Positions 35,368 to 44,667 of a stretch of 64,000 nt of DNA are shown piece by piece. Under the pieces are notes generated by a model. The model was not told the DNA's origin, made no database searches, and saw nothing but the letters and a program-made list of their open reading frames with translations. Source of the DNA: Eubacteriales bacterium (GTDB lineage Bacteria > Bacillota > Clostridia > Oscillospirales > CAG-272); contig JAZOQX010000135.1 in NCBI GenBank assembly GCA_045656325.1, positions 16-64,015 on the forward strand, given 5' to 3'. How positions within the stretch are numbered: the first letter of the stretch is position 1; the number at the start of each line of letters is the position of its first letter. A program made the translations under genes and the position numbers.

Positions 35368-36642
35368 ATGGAATTTTCCAAAAGAACGCTGGAGCTGGTC
35401 AAGGAGGCGGAGGAGGCTCTTTCCGAGCGCTTTGCCCATATCGATCGAGTCTCCTTTGAAAATACGAAAAAAATTATGAATGCCTTCCGCAACCATCGGG
35501 TCAGCGAGGCAATGTTCAATCCCACCAGCGGCTACGGCTATGACGACCGCGGCAGAGACACGCTGGACGCGATCTGGGCAGAGGTCATGGATGCCGAGGC
35601 GGCGTTTGTCCGCCATCAGATCGTCAACGGAACGCAAGCCCTTACCATCGGTCTTTTCGGGCTTTTGCGTCCCAACGATATTCTCTTTTCGGTAGCGGGA
35701 AAGCCCTACGATACTCTGGATGAGGTTATCGGAAATTCGGGGACCCCAGGCAACGGCTCCCTTAAGGATTTCGGCGTGGAGTACCGTCAGGCAGATCTTT
35801 TGCCCAACGGATGCTTTGACGAGGAGAAGATCCGCCGTGTGCTGACCGAGGAGGGAGCGCGTATTAAAGTGGTGTTTATCCAGCGCTCCAAGGGGTATCT
35901 GAACCGAAAGACGCTTAGCGTAGACGAGATCGGCGCCCTGATCCCCATGGTCAGAGAGCTGACACCCCACGCCTTCGTGGTAGTGGATAACTGCTACGGT
36001 GAGTTTGTGGAGACCCGTGAGCCGACCGCCGTGGGCGCGGACTTGATTATCGGCTCGCTTATTAAGAATCCCGGCGGCGGCATGGCAGAGACGGGAGGAT
36101 ACGTGGCGGGAACGGCGCGCGCCGTAGAGCTGGCATCCTACCGTCTGACCTCCGTGGGATGCGGCTTGGAGGTGGGAGCCTCCTTGGGACAGAACAAGAG
36201 CCTTTTCAAGGGACTCTTTTACGCGCCCCATACCACGGCGCAGGCACTCAAGACCGCGCACCTTGCGGCATATCTCTTTGGCGAGCGGGGACTTGGCTTT
36301 GAGGTGGAGCCAAAATGGGACGAGGAGCGGCACGATATCATTCAATCGGTCATTACCCGAAGCCCCGAGGGGCTGTGCGCCTTCTGTCGGGGGATTCAGG
36401 CAGGCTCGCCCATTGATTCCTTTGTAACGCCCGAGCCTTGGGAAATGCCGGGCTACGGCGATAAGGTCATTATGGCGGCGGGTGCCTTTACCCAAGGAGC
36501 ATCCATCGAGCTGTCTGCGGACGGACCTCTCCGCGAGCCGTATACCGCCTTCTTTCAGGGCGGATTGACCTACGAAAGCGGCAAGATCGGAATTATGAGT
36601 GCCGCAGAGGAGGTACAGAGAGCGGGACTCGGGAAAAAATAA
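35368..36642 (+). CDS. YnbB-like PLP-dependent (methionine gamma-lyase family) protein
   Basis: The protein is 424 aa. The N-terminal pattern ...NTKKIMNAFRNHRVSEAMFNPTSGYGYDDRGRDTLD... is typical of the family annotated as aluminium-resistance/YnbB. The call is from memory. Confidence 0.65.
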   Translation: MEFSKRTLELVKEAEEALSERFAHIDRVSFENTKKIMNAFRNHRVSEAMFNPTSGYGYDDRGRDTLDAIWAEVMDAEAAFVRHQIVNGTQALTIGLFGLLRPNDILFSVAGKPYDTLDEVIGNSGTPGNGSLKDFGVEYRQADLLPNGCFDEEKIRRVLTEEGARIKVVFIQRSKGYLNRKTLSVDEIGALIPMVRELTPHAFVVVDNCYGEFVETREPTAVGADLIIGSLIKNPGGGMAETGGYVAGTARAVELASYRLTSVGCGLEVGASLGQNKSLFKGLFYAPHTTAQALKTAHLAAYLFGERGLGFEVEPKWDEERHDIIQSVITRSPEGLCAFCRGIQAGSPIDSFVTPEPWEMPGYGDKVIMAAGAFTQGASIELSADGPLREPYTAFFQGGLTYESGKIGIMSAAEEVQRAGLGKK

Positions 36643-36684
36643 AAGAGGAGAAAACGGCTACATATCACCCGAAAGGATGCCAAT

Positions 36685-38031
36685 ATGCTGTTTTCTTCAC
36701 TTGAATTTCTTTACGTGTTTCTCCCGTTGACCCTTTTTCTCTATTTTCTTTCTCCGAGACGACTAAAAAATCTGACTCTGCTTTTGTTCAGTCTTTTGTT
36801 TTACGCGTACGGAGAGCCGATCTACGTGTTTTTAATGATCGCCACCATTGCCGCGAACTACCTGTTTGGCAGGTTTCTTTGTCGGTGGAGCTGCCGACGG
36901 GCGCTTCTTTGCGCGGCGGTGGCGCTCAACGTGGGACTCCTCTTCTTTTTCAAGTATGCGGGGGTGCTTTTTCCCATTCTCGGAAGCATTCCTCTGCCCG
37001 TAGGGATTTCCTTTTATACCTTTCAAGCCCTTTCCTACGTGGCGGACGTATATCGGGGAGAGGTTGCCGCGTCCAAAAGCCCCGTGGCGTTTGGCGCGTA
37101 TATTACCATGTTTCCCCAGCTTATCGCGGGTCCTATCGTCCGTTACAGCGACGTGGAGCGTCAATTAAGAGATAGAATCCATACGTCGGAGCGGATCGCC
37201 TCGGGGATCGCCACCTTTACGGCGGGACTTTCGAAAAAGGTTCTCCTTGCCAATCCCGCGGGAGCCCTTGCCGATTCGATCCAGGCAGAAGCCGATACGA
37301 TCCTTTGCGTCGTTTTTTGGCTGCTTCTGTTTTCCTTTCAGATTTACTTTGATTTTTCTGGCTACTCGGATATGGCGGTGGGGCTTGGACGCATTCTCGG
37401 CTTCGACTTTCCCGAAAATTTCCGCTATCCCTATACTGCCAAAAGCATTACCGATTTCTGGCGCAGGTGGCATATCACCCTTTCCTCCTTTTTTCGGGAG
37501 TACGTGTATATTCCCTTGGGAGGGAACCGACGGGGGAAGGGAAGAACCTATCTCAATCTTCTGATTGTCTGGAGCCTGACGGGGCTTTGGCACGGGGCTT
37601 CCCTGAATTTCCTTTTGTGGGGACTTTACTTTTTTGTCATACTTTGCGCGGAAAAACGGTTTTTCAGTCACTTTTTTGATCGGATTCCTTCCTTTTTCCG
37701 TCATGTGTATGCCATCTCTCTGATCCTTTTCGGATGGCTTATTTTTGCCGCGGACGGAACGAGAGAAACGCTGTCTCTGCTGTCTCTGCTTGGCAAAGCC
37801 CCTCTCCTTGACGGTTGGATCCTATACGAGCTTCGAAGAAACGCGCTCTTTTTGGGTGTGTTGATCCTTGGCTGCACGCCGCTTCCCAAGCGCCTGTACG
37901 AGGAGGCGGAGCGCCGTATCCCCCGTGTTTTTTATCCCTTGCGTATCGCGCTGAGCCTTGGCTCGCTGATCCTTTGCACCGCATATCTTGCTTCCTCGGG
38001 ATATAATCCCTTTCTATATTTCAGATTTTAA
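36685..38031 (+). CDS. MBOAT family O-acyltransferase (AlgI/DltB/PatA-like)
   Basis: The protein is 448 aa and polytopic. The N-terminus MLFSSLEFLYVFLP and the conserved-His region FWRRWHITLSSFFREYVYIPLGG are present. Confidence 0.88.
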   Translation: MLFSSLEFLYVFLPLTLFLYFLSPRRLKNLTLLLFSLLFYAYGEPIYVFLMIATIAANYLFGRFLCRWSCRRALLCAAVALNVGLLFFFKYAGVLFPILGSIPLPVGISFYTFQALSYVADVYRGEVAASKSPVAFGAYITMFPQLIAGPIVRYSDVERQLRDRIHTSERIASGIATFTAGLSKKVLLANPAGALADSIQAEADTILCVVFWLLLFSFQIYFDFSGYSDMAVGLGRILGFDFPENFRYPYTAKSITDFWRRWHITLSSFFREYVYIPLGGNRRGKGRTYLNLLIVWSLTGLWHGASLNFLLWGLYFFVILCAEKRFFSHFFDRIPSFFRHVYAISLILFGWLIFAADGTRETLSLLSLLGKAPLLDGWILYELRRNALFLGVLILGCTPLPKRLYEEAERRIPRVFYPLRIALSLGSLILCTAYLASSGYNPFLYFRF

Positions 38032-38045
38032 TTTGGGAGAATCTT

Positions 38046-39209
38046 ATGACTGCATTACTAATCAAGCTGTTTGTCAAAAACCCCTCCGACACGAAGGATC
38101 CTGCCGTCCGCCGGGCATACGGAACCATGTCGGGCATGGTGGGAATTGCCCTCAATCTGTTCCTTTCCGCCATCAAGCTCTTGGCGGGACTCCTTTCGGG
38201 GTCTATCGCTATCACGGCGGATGCGTTGAACAACCTGTCCGATGCGGGATCGCAGGTCATTACCCTCATCAGCTTTAAAATGGCATCCAAGCCCGCGGAT
38301 CGCGACCATCCCTTCGGTCACGCGCGAATGGAGTATATCGCCTCCATGATCGTTTCCTTTTTGATCCTCATGGTAGGCGCGGAGCTGTTCCGCGAATCCC
38401 TGCGGGGGATTTTTAACCCCGATGCCGACGCGGTGTTCAGCGATCTGACGCTGGTCATTCTCGGTATCTCCATCGTTGCCAAACTCTGGCTCTTCTTTTT
38501 TAACCGATCGGTGGGAAAGAAGATTGATTCCTCGGTGATGATCGCCACCGCCACGGACAGTATTTCGGACGCGAGCGCGACGGCGGCAGTTCTTGTGTCC
38601 GCCCTCATCAGCCGCTTTTTCGGCATTCGTACCGACGCGTATATGGGTATCTTCGTATCCATCCTTATTTTCGTGGCGGGTATTCGGATTTTGAATGAAA
38701 CCAAAAATTCGCTTCTCGGCTCTGCGCCAGACCCCGAGGTCGTGGGGAGTATCGAGGCGATCTGCGGGGAATATACCGAGATTCTCGGTATTCACGACAT
38801 GGTGGTGCATAATTACGGACCGAGCAATACCGTCGCCTCCTTCCACGCCGAGGTGGACGGAAGCGCCAACGTCTTTGACACTCACGACGTGATCGATACC
38901 GTAGAGCGGCGGCTCTGGGAGGAGCTGAAGGTTCGGGCTACGGTACATATGGATCCCATCGTCACCGACGACGAACGGGTCAACGCCTTGCGGGCGGCGA
39001 CTGCCGAGGCGGTGCGGGGGATCGACGAGAGACTGACCATTCATGACTTCCGCTTCGTGGAGGGACCCAGCCATACCAATTTGATCTTTGACGTGTGCGC
39101 TCCCTTTGAACTGGAACTGAGAGATTCCGAGCTGAAGGACCGTGTAGCCGATGCGGTCTCGGAGATTGACCCCAAATATTACGTCGTAATTACCATTGAC
39201 AGACAGTGA
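38046..39209 (+). CDS. Cation diffusion facilitator family transporter
   Basis: The protein is 387 aa. It has the TM2/TM5 Asp/His motifs (ITADALNNLSDAG; DSISDASAT) and a C-terminal cytoplasmic domain. Confidence 0.85.
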   Translation: MTALLIKLFVKNPSDTKDPAVRRAYGTMSGMVGIALNLFLSAIKLLAGLLSGSIAITADALNNLSDAGSQVITLISFKMASKPADRDHPFGHARMEYIASMIVSFLILMVGAELFRESLRGIFNPDADAVFSDLTLVILGISIVAKLWLFFFNRSVGKKIDSSVMIATATDSISDASATAAVLVSALISRFFGIRTDAYMGIFVSILIFVAGIRILNETKNSLLGSAPDPEVVGSIEAICGEYTEILGIHDMVVHNYGPSNTVASFHAEVDGSANVFDTHDVIDTVERRLWEELKVRATVHMDPIVTDDERVNALRAATAEAVRGIDERLTIHDFRFVEGPSHTNLIFDVCAPFELELRDSELKDRVADAVSEIDPKYYVVITIDRQ

Positions 39210-39229
39210 CACCCATAGGAGGTAATGCC

Positions 39230-41128
39230 ATGTATAAAATTTCCGTACCGATCATCTACGATATCCTTGACCGTCAAGGAAGAGACGGAATCGTAAAAAA
39301 GCTGCGGGAGCTGGATGCCGAGCGAGTCTTTCTTGCCCTTGGCGTGCGCTCTACAGACAAGGAGAAAAACAATAAGGAATTTGAGATCCTGAAGAGAGAG
39401 ACCGAATATTTCCATGGACTCGGTTACGAGGTGGGGGTTTGGCTCTGGACCTTTATGGTGGAGGGCGAGCACTCCTTTACCAACATGAGCGCGGTTACCG
39501 TGGAGGAGAACGTAATCAACGCGATGATTTGTCCCCTTGATCGGAGCTATGTGGAGGACACCGCCGCGTATATGGCGGGTGTGGCAGCCACGGGTGTGGA
39601 TCTGATTATGTTTGACGATGACTTCCGCTTTGGGTGCATCGGAGACAATCAAGTGGGATGCCTCTGCGCTCACCACGTCGAAAATATCAACGAAAGGCTC
39701 GGAAGGAGTCTCAGCCGCGGAGCGCTTGCGGAAAAAATTCTGACGGGAAGCAAAAACAAATATCGCGACGCGTGGATCGAAGCCAACGGAGACGCGCTGC
39801 GCGGCTTTGCGAGAGCGGTCAGGGCGGCGGTGGATTCGGTGAATCCCAACATTCGAATGGGCGCCTGCGCCTGCCTGTCATCTTGGGATCTGGACGGGGT
39901 GGATGCCTACGAGCTGGCAACGATTCTCGCGGGAGATACCAAGCCCTTCGTCCGTTTGATCGGCGCGGCATACTGGCCCGCCAGAGCAAGCTGGGGAACC
40001 CGTATCGGAGACGTGATTGAGCAAGAGAGAATGGAGGAGGTCTGGACCCGCAAGGGAGAGATTGAGATATTTTCCGAGGGAGATGCCTTCCCGCGTCCGA
40101 GAACGGTTTGCCCTGCGGCATACCTGGAGGGACTGGATACCGCTCTTCGCGCGGACGGACGAACCGACGGGATGCTGAAATACGCCATCGACTATACCTC
40201 CTCGGCAGACTATGAAAACGGATACGTAGAGCGTCACGTGAGAAATAAGCCCCTTTACGAGGGGATCGAGAAAATGTTTTCGGGCAAGACGGCGGTGGGA
40301 GTACGCAACTATTCCGAGGGGCGGAAGATCTCCTATATGGAGCTTGGTGACGTGCCTAAGGACGGCACATATCTTTACTATTCCTACTTTTCCTCGGCGG
40401 CTCGCTCCTTTGCGGCGACCTCGATTCCCACCTGCTACGACGGAGAGGGAGTTGCGGGCGCGTGTTTTGGCGAGGCGGGCTGGGAACTTCCCCTTGAGGC
40501 GACGAAGAGGGGATTGATCCTCGATGCCGTTGCCGCAAAGGCGTTAAACGAGCGGGGCGTGGACGTGGGAATCCGTGCCTATGGCAAGGCGATATCCGTT
40601 GCTTCGGAAATATTCACGGTGGACAACGAGCAGATTGATACCTATAAGTCCCGTCCCTTCGATCATGTCTTCTCGGAGGCGATTCGGGTGGAAAGCTTTG
40701 GCGAGTACGAGGGGCGGAGAATACCCATGAGTTATACCTACGAAAACGCCGACGGCGATCGCTTCTTGGTGTTGAACGTCGATACCCGTATTACCGACAA
40801 GGGACTGTACGCTCCCACCACCCGCCACTACGTGCGCTCCCGACAGTATGCCGAGGCGGTCAAGTGGCTTTCGCGGGGAGAAAGGAGTCTGCCCGCGTAT
40901 TCCTACGGCAATCCCGACCTTTATATTCTTTCCAAGAAGGACGAAAAGGGAGTAATGGCAGTAGGGCTTTGGAATTTCTGTATCGACTGGGTCTTTGCCC
41001 CCAAGATCGTGCTGGATCGGGAGTATAAGGAGATCACGTTTTTAAATTGCGAGGGAACCCTTTCGGGGAATACCGTCACCCTCTCCGACCTCTCTCCTTA
41101 CGGCTTCTGCGCCTTTGAGGTGAAATAA
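39230..41128 (+). CDS. Hypothetical protein, possibly a TIM-barrel glycoside-hydrolase-like fold
   Basis: I place the start at the ATG at 39230, preceded by TAGGAGG. The ORF is 632 aa with host-like composition. I recognise no family. The fold suggestion is weak. Confidence 0.5.
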   Translation: MYKISVPIIYDILDRQGRDGIVKKLRELDAERVFLALGVRSTDKEKNNKEFEILKRETEYFHGLGYEVGVWLWTFMVEGEHSFTNMSAVTVEENVINAMICPLDRSYVEDTAAYMAGVAATGVDLIMFDDDFRFGCIGDNQVGCLCAHHVENINERLGRSLSRGALAEKILTGSKNKYRDAWIEANGDALRGFARAVRAAVDSVNPNIRMGACACLSSWDLDGVDAYELATILAGDTKPFVRLIGAAYWPARASWGTRIGDVIEQERMEEVWTRKGEIEIFSEGDAFPRPRTVCPAAYLEGLDTALRADGRTDGMLKYAIDYTSSADYENGYVERHVRNKPLYEGIEKMFSGKTAVGVRNYSEGRKISYMELGDVPKDGTYLYYSYFSSAARSFAATSIPTCYDGEGVAGACFGEAGWELPLEATKRGLILDAVAAKALNERGVDVGIRAYGKAISVASEIFTVDNEQIDTYKSRPFDHVFSEAIRVESFGEYEGRRIPMSYTYENADGDRFLVLNVDTRITDKGLYAPTTRHYVRSRQYAEAVKWLSRGERSLPAYSYGNPDLYILSKKDEKGVMAVGLWNFCIDWVFAPKIVLDREYKEITFLNCEGTLSGNTVTLSDLSPYGFCAFEVK

Positions 41129-41132
41129 AAAG

Positions 41133-41166
41133 AAAAAATCCATCGGAATGTCCCGATGGATTTTTT
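41133..41166. terminator. Bidirectional terminator between convergent genes
   Basis: The stem is TCCATCGG (41139-41146) paired with CCGATGGA (41153-41160). It is flanked by A6 and T6 tracts. Confidence 0.8.
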
Positions 41167-41175
41167 GTTTTTTTC

Positions 41176-41874
41176 TTATCTGTTGAGGATCAGCTTCGTG
41201 AGATCCACGGGAGCAACGATCTTACCGTCCTTGTAGACGCGCATATTGCCCGAGGCGATCTCGTCGATGAGGATGACCTCGCCGTTGTGATAGCCGAACT
41301 CAAACTTGATATCCCAAAGATCCAGACCGATGGACTTGAGGTCGTCGGCGACGATCTTGGTGATCTTCAGAGTCTGCTCCTTCATGGACTCAAAGAGAGC
41401 GGGGGACATAATGCCGAGAGCCGCAAGACCCTCGCCGGTAACCAGCGGGTCGCCCTTTTCGTCATTCTTAAAGGTGCACTCCACGTAACCGCCCTCCAGA
41501 ACGGTTCCGTCCTTAATATATTCGCCGTAGCGGCGGATAAAGCTGCCCGTAGCGACCAAACGGCAAATAACCTCCAAGCCGTTTCCGCCCTGTGCCTTTC
41601 CAAAGTTCTCTGCGGGAAGAACCTCCATGGTTGCTTCCTCCACGTTTGCGCTGACGTAGTGGGTCTTGATGCCCGCCTTCTTCAGAAGCTCAAAATAGAG
41701 AACCGAGGTCTCCAGATTTGCGCGTCCGATTCCGTCAATGGTGAGACCTACCGAGTTCTCACCGGGATCAAACACGCCGTCCTTGCCCGTGCAGTCGTCC
41801 TTGAACTTCAACAGCACGTTGCCGTTATCGAGGGCGTAAACATCCTTGGTCTTACCGGTATAAAGCTTTTTCAT
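41176..41874 (-). CDS. purC: Phosphoribosylaminoimidazole-succinocarboxamide synthase
   Basis: I prefer the ATG at 41874 as the start, 6 nt after AAGGAGT. The N-terminus is [12 protein letters not shown], and the length and C-terminal region are SAICAR-synthetase-like. Confidence 0.9.
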   Translation of the reverse strand: MKKLYTGKTKDVYALDNGNVLLKFKDDCTGKDGVFDPGENSVGLTIDGIGRANLETSVLYFELLKKAGIKTHYVSANVEEATMEVLPAENFGKAQGGNGLEVICRLVATGSFIRRYGEYIKDGTVLEGGYVECTFKNDEKGDPLVTGEGLAALGIMSPALFESMKEQTLKITKIVADDLKSIGLDLWDIKFEFGYHNGEVILIDEIASGNMRVYKDGKIVAPVDLTKLILNR

Positions 41875-41978
41875 AACCATACTCCTTTATGTTGAGAATC
41901 ATATAACACAAATATTTTATCACTTTTTTCGGCATTTGTACAGTATTTTTTCAAAAAAATCGAAAAAATTCACATTTT

Positions 41979-42146
41979 TTATTTGACGAGGGTATATTCA
42001 AGCATTTCAAAATGCAAGAGAGCGCCGACGTCGGTGCCAAGGGGAAGAAGCGCCATGGCAATAAACAGGTCCTCTCCGCTGACCGTGTCGCGGAGCGTAG
42101 CATATTCTCCCTCGATTTTTATGACGGTATAATCCTTGGGTTCCAT
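41979..42146 (-). CDS. DUF3006-like small protein (55 aa, below the track's size cut-off)
   Basis: My own translation is MEPKDYTVIKIEGEYATLRDTVSGEDLFIAMALLPLGTDVGALLHFEMLEYTLVK. The ATG lies 3 nt after the antiporter stop. The pattern (IEGEYA...LP.G...G..L) resembles DUF3006. Confidence 0.6.
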   Translation of the reverse strand: MEPKDYTVIKIEGEYATLRDTVSGEDLFIAMALLPLGTDVGALLHFEMLEYTLVK

Positions 42147-42149
42147 GTT

Positions 42150-43466
42150 TTATTTCGTGTCGGGGTGATGATCGTGACGGTGCAGACGCACGTGCTTCTG
42201 ACGGGCGCTGGTTTTTTCGTGGGGAATGATCTCTCCCGCCTTGGTGAGCGCGATCTTGGTGAGCAGAGGTCCGACCAGCTCATAGACCAATACGGCAAAG
42301 AGGGTAATGTTGCTGACGATATTTCCGATGGCGGGGTCGATCAAGGCAAATTCCTCCTTGGTTTTGATCGCCATACCGAGTGCCACACCTGCTTGGGGGA
42401 GCAGGGTGATGCCGAGGAATTTTACGATTGTGGGGCAGCAATGGGTTGCCTTCGAGCTGATAAAAGCGCCCGACATCTTGCCCACCGAACGGGTCAGGAT
42501 ATAAACCAAGCCGATGATGACCACCGTCAGGCTGGTAAATACGCTCAGATCAAGCTCCGCGCCGCTGATAACGAAGAAGAGAATGAGAATGGGCGCTACC
42601 CAACGGTCCATGCGGTCCATCAGCTCCTCGGAGAAATCACAGATATTGCAGAAGATGGTTCCTAGCATCATGCAGGACAGAAGAGAGGAGAAGGCGATAT
42701 GAACGCCGAGGATCTCAAATTTCAGCATGGAGACGGCGACCGTGAAGAAGATAAACGCCACCGACATAGCAAGACGCTTGGAGCGGGAATGGAAGAAGCG
42801 CTCGCAGAAGTTGAAGATCACGCCTACGACCGTACCCAGCGCAAGGGACAGAACGACCTCAAGAATGGGTTCTACGACCACCGAAAGGATACTGATCGCC
42901 GCGCCCGATGCCAGCGCCTTGGCAATGCCGAAGGATACCGAAAACAGAACCAGACCCACCGCATCGTCCAACGCGACCACGGGCAACAGGATATCGGTTA
43001 CGGGACCCTTTGCCTTATACTGCTTGACGACCATCAGGGTCGCCGCGGGCGCGGTTGCCGATGCCACGGCACCGAGAAGAATGGCGGCGGGCAGAGGAAG
43101 CGCCTCGGGGAAGGCAAAATGCAGACCGATGAGAGCGGCGTCTACCAAGAGCGTCGCTACCACTGCCTGAAAGATTCCCACGATGGTTGCCTGCTTACCG
43201 ATTTTCTTCAGCTGTGAAATGCGAAATTCGTTACCGATAGAGAATGCGATAAAGCCGAGAGCCACGTTGGAGATCAGAGAAAGACCCTCCAGACTCTCCT
43301 TTTGAAATCCGATTCCGCCCACGCCCAGCTTGCCGAGCAGAAAGGGACCCACCACGATACCCGCCACAAGATAGGCGGTAACGGCGGGGAGCTTGCAGAT
43401 CTTTGCCAAACGGGAAAGCATCAGACCCGCAAACAACGCGATAGATAGGGAAAGTATAATTTCCAT
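42150..43466 (-). CDS. Cation:proton antiporter (CPA family)
   Basis: I place the start at the ATG at 43466, preceded by GGAGG (MEIILSLSIALFAGLMLSRL). The protein has about 12 hydrophobic segments and typical Na+/H+ exchanger family sequence. Confidence 0.82.
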   Translation of the reverse strand: MEIILSLSIALFAGLMLSRLAKICKLPAVTAYLVAGIVVGPFLLGKLGVGGIGFQKESLEGLSLISNVALGFIAFSIGNEFRISQLKKIGKQATIVGIFQAVVATLLVDAALIGLHFAFPEALPLPAAILLGAVASATAPAATLMVVKQYKAKGPVTDILLPVVALDDAVGLVLFSVSFGIAKALASGAAISILSVVVEPILEVVLSLALGTVVGVIFNFCERFFHSRSKRLAMSVAFIFFTVAVSMLKFEILGVHIAFSSLLSCMMLGTIFCNICDFSEELMDRMDRWVAPILILFFVISGAELDLSVFTSLTVVIIGLVYILTRSVGKMSGAFISSKATHCCPTIVKFLGITLLPQAGVALGMAIKTKEEFALIDPAIGNIVSNITLFAVLVYELVGPLLTKIALTKAGEIIPHEKTSARQKHVRLHRHDHHPDTK

Positions 43467-43594
43467 AACAGCCTCCGAGGAGTAACAATATAAATAGGTA
43501 GACTTGCAAAAACGCAAGCCTACCTATTATAGCACTAACCCCTTGGGTTGTCAAGGGAATTTTTGATTTTTTTTGAGGGAGACGCAAGGAATGC

Positions 43595-44413
43595 TCAGGT
43601 CCTTCCCGCAAGCTCCTTTTCCTTTGAGGATTCGGATTCGGGTGCGGCGGAATCCAAGGAAGATTTTCCCTTGCCGCCCACGCGGCGCGCGATGCCCCGT
43701 ACGCCGTAGAAGGCGCAATAGACGAGGAAGCAGGTCCCGAATACGCAGAACACCACCACGGGAGGCATGATCTCGTCGGTCAGGAAGGGGAAGATGCTAT
43801 ACTCCACGAAGAACCAGTTCTGCGCGTCGTAAAGCGTATTTCCGAGGGTTGCCCAAACAAGAATGATCAGCACGGCGGCAAGCTCCATCCAGATCTTGCG
43901 GAAGCTGAGAACGGTCTTGCCCAGCGCCAGATGCAAAAAGCCCCAGGAAAAGAGAAGACCGTGGTAGATAAAGGTTTGGAAAATGATATAGCTGAACGGC
44001 GGCTGTCCTCCCAGTGCCGAGCCGGGATAGCACATCCACATCATGGAGGAGGCTATGGCAAGGGTAACGATCACCGAACGGATTTTTGCAAATTTCGGAT
44101 TGAACTGTACGAAGGGGACGAAGACGCCCGCCAGCGTGCAGACGTGAAAGGGAAGCTTGTCAACGGAAATCCGATCGTAGCTGTCCGACAGGGGCACCAG
44201 GAAGAAATCGGCGATATAGAAGCCAATGACGAGATAGGCGTAGATCCTGAGTACCTTGTCCTTCGCTTCCGAGGATTTCTTTCGCATCAGCACCGCGACC
44301 AGAATCGCGCTGAAGAAAATCACGAACAGGTATAAAAAGTGCCAAACGTCAAACAGTCCGATTTGCAGAGAAGAAATTTCTTCGCCTAACAGGTATCTGA
44401 CAAATTCTTTCAT
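43595..44413 (-). CDS. Integral membrane protein (YwaF/TIGR02206-like)
   Basis: The protein is 272 aa and polytopic. The segment DKLPFHVCTLAGVF resembles this family. The assignment is from memory. Confidence 0.5.
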   Translation of the reverse strand: MKEFVRYLLGEEISSLQIGLFDVWHFLYLFVIFFSAILVAVLMRKKSSEAKDKVLRIYAYLVIGFYIADFFLVPLSDSYDRISVDKLPFHVCTLAGVFVPFVQFNPKFAKIRSVIVTLAIASSMMWMCYPGSALGGQPPFSYIIFQTFIYHGLLFSWGFLHLALGKTVLSFRKIWMELAAVLIILVWATLGNTLYDAQNWFFVEYSIFPFLTDEIMPPVVVFCVFGTCFLVYCAFYGVRGIARRVGGKGKSSLDSAAPESESSKEKELAGRT

Positions 44414-44550
44414 GAAAATTACCTCCTGATAAAGTCAAAGCTGAAAAAGTGTATTCTCAAAACAAATTTATTATAACACAATCCCTCCGAAAAAGCAACC
44501 TTTTTTATCATGGAAAATGTTACTTAAACTTGAAAACGGGGGCAAATAAC

Positions 44551-44579
44551 TTGACAAAACGCGCAAAATCATGTATAAT
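44551..44579 (+). promoter_or_regulatory. Consensus sigma-70 promoter of the rnf operon
   Basis: The -35 is TTGACA (44551-44556), followed by a 17-nt spacer and a -10 TATAAT (44574-44579). It lies about 90 nt upstream of rnfC. Confidence 0.7.
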
Positions 44580-44667
44580 AAATTGTTAAATATAAAATTT
44601 GATTTTCGCGTGCGGGGGGATTTGAAAAAATCCTGCCGCAGATCATCTTTGGAAAGGTAGTTGGATT

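Noticed and set aside
31092-39212. A series of long minus-strand ORFs: 31092..32084, 32090..32968, 34355..35368, 35251..36495 and 38058..39212
   Set aside because: All are antisense to strongly supported plus-strand genes (comM, the M42 trio, YnbB, CDF). They have Arg/Gly/His-rich shadow composition and no motifs. The same reasoning applies to 44923..46038(-), 48742..50299(-), 52128..53369(-), 53935..55155(+) and 55426..56811(+).
41875-41978. A purine or ZTP riboswitch upstream of purC
   Set aside because: The spacer is about 100 nt and AT-rich. It lacks the conserved cores of either class as far as I can recall them, and it looks like a simple promoter region.
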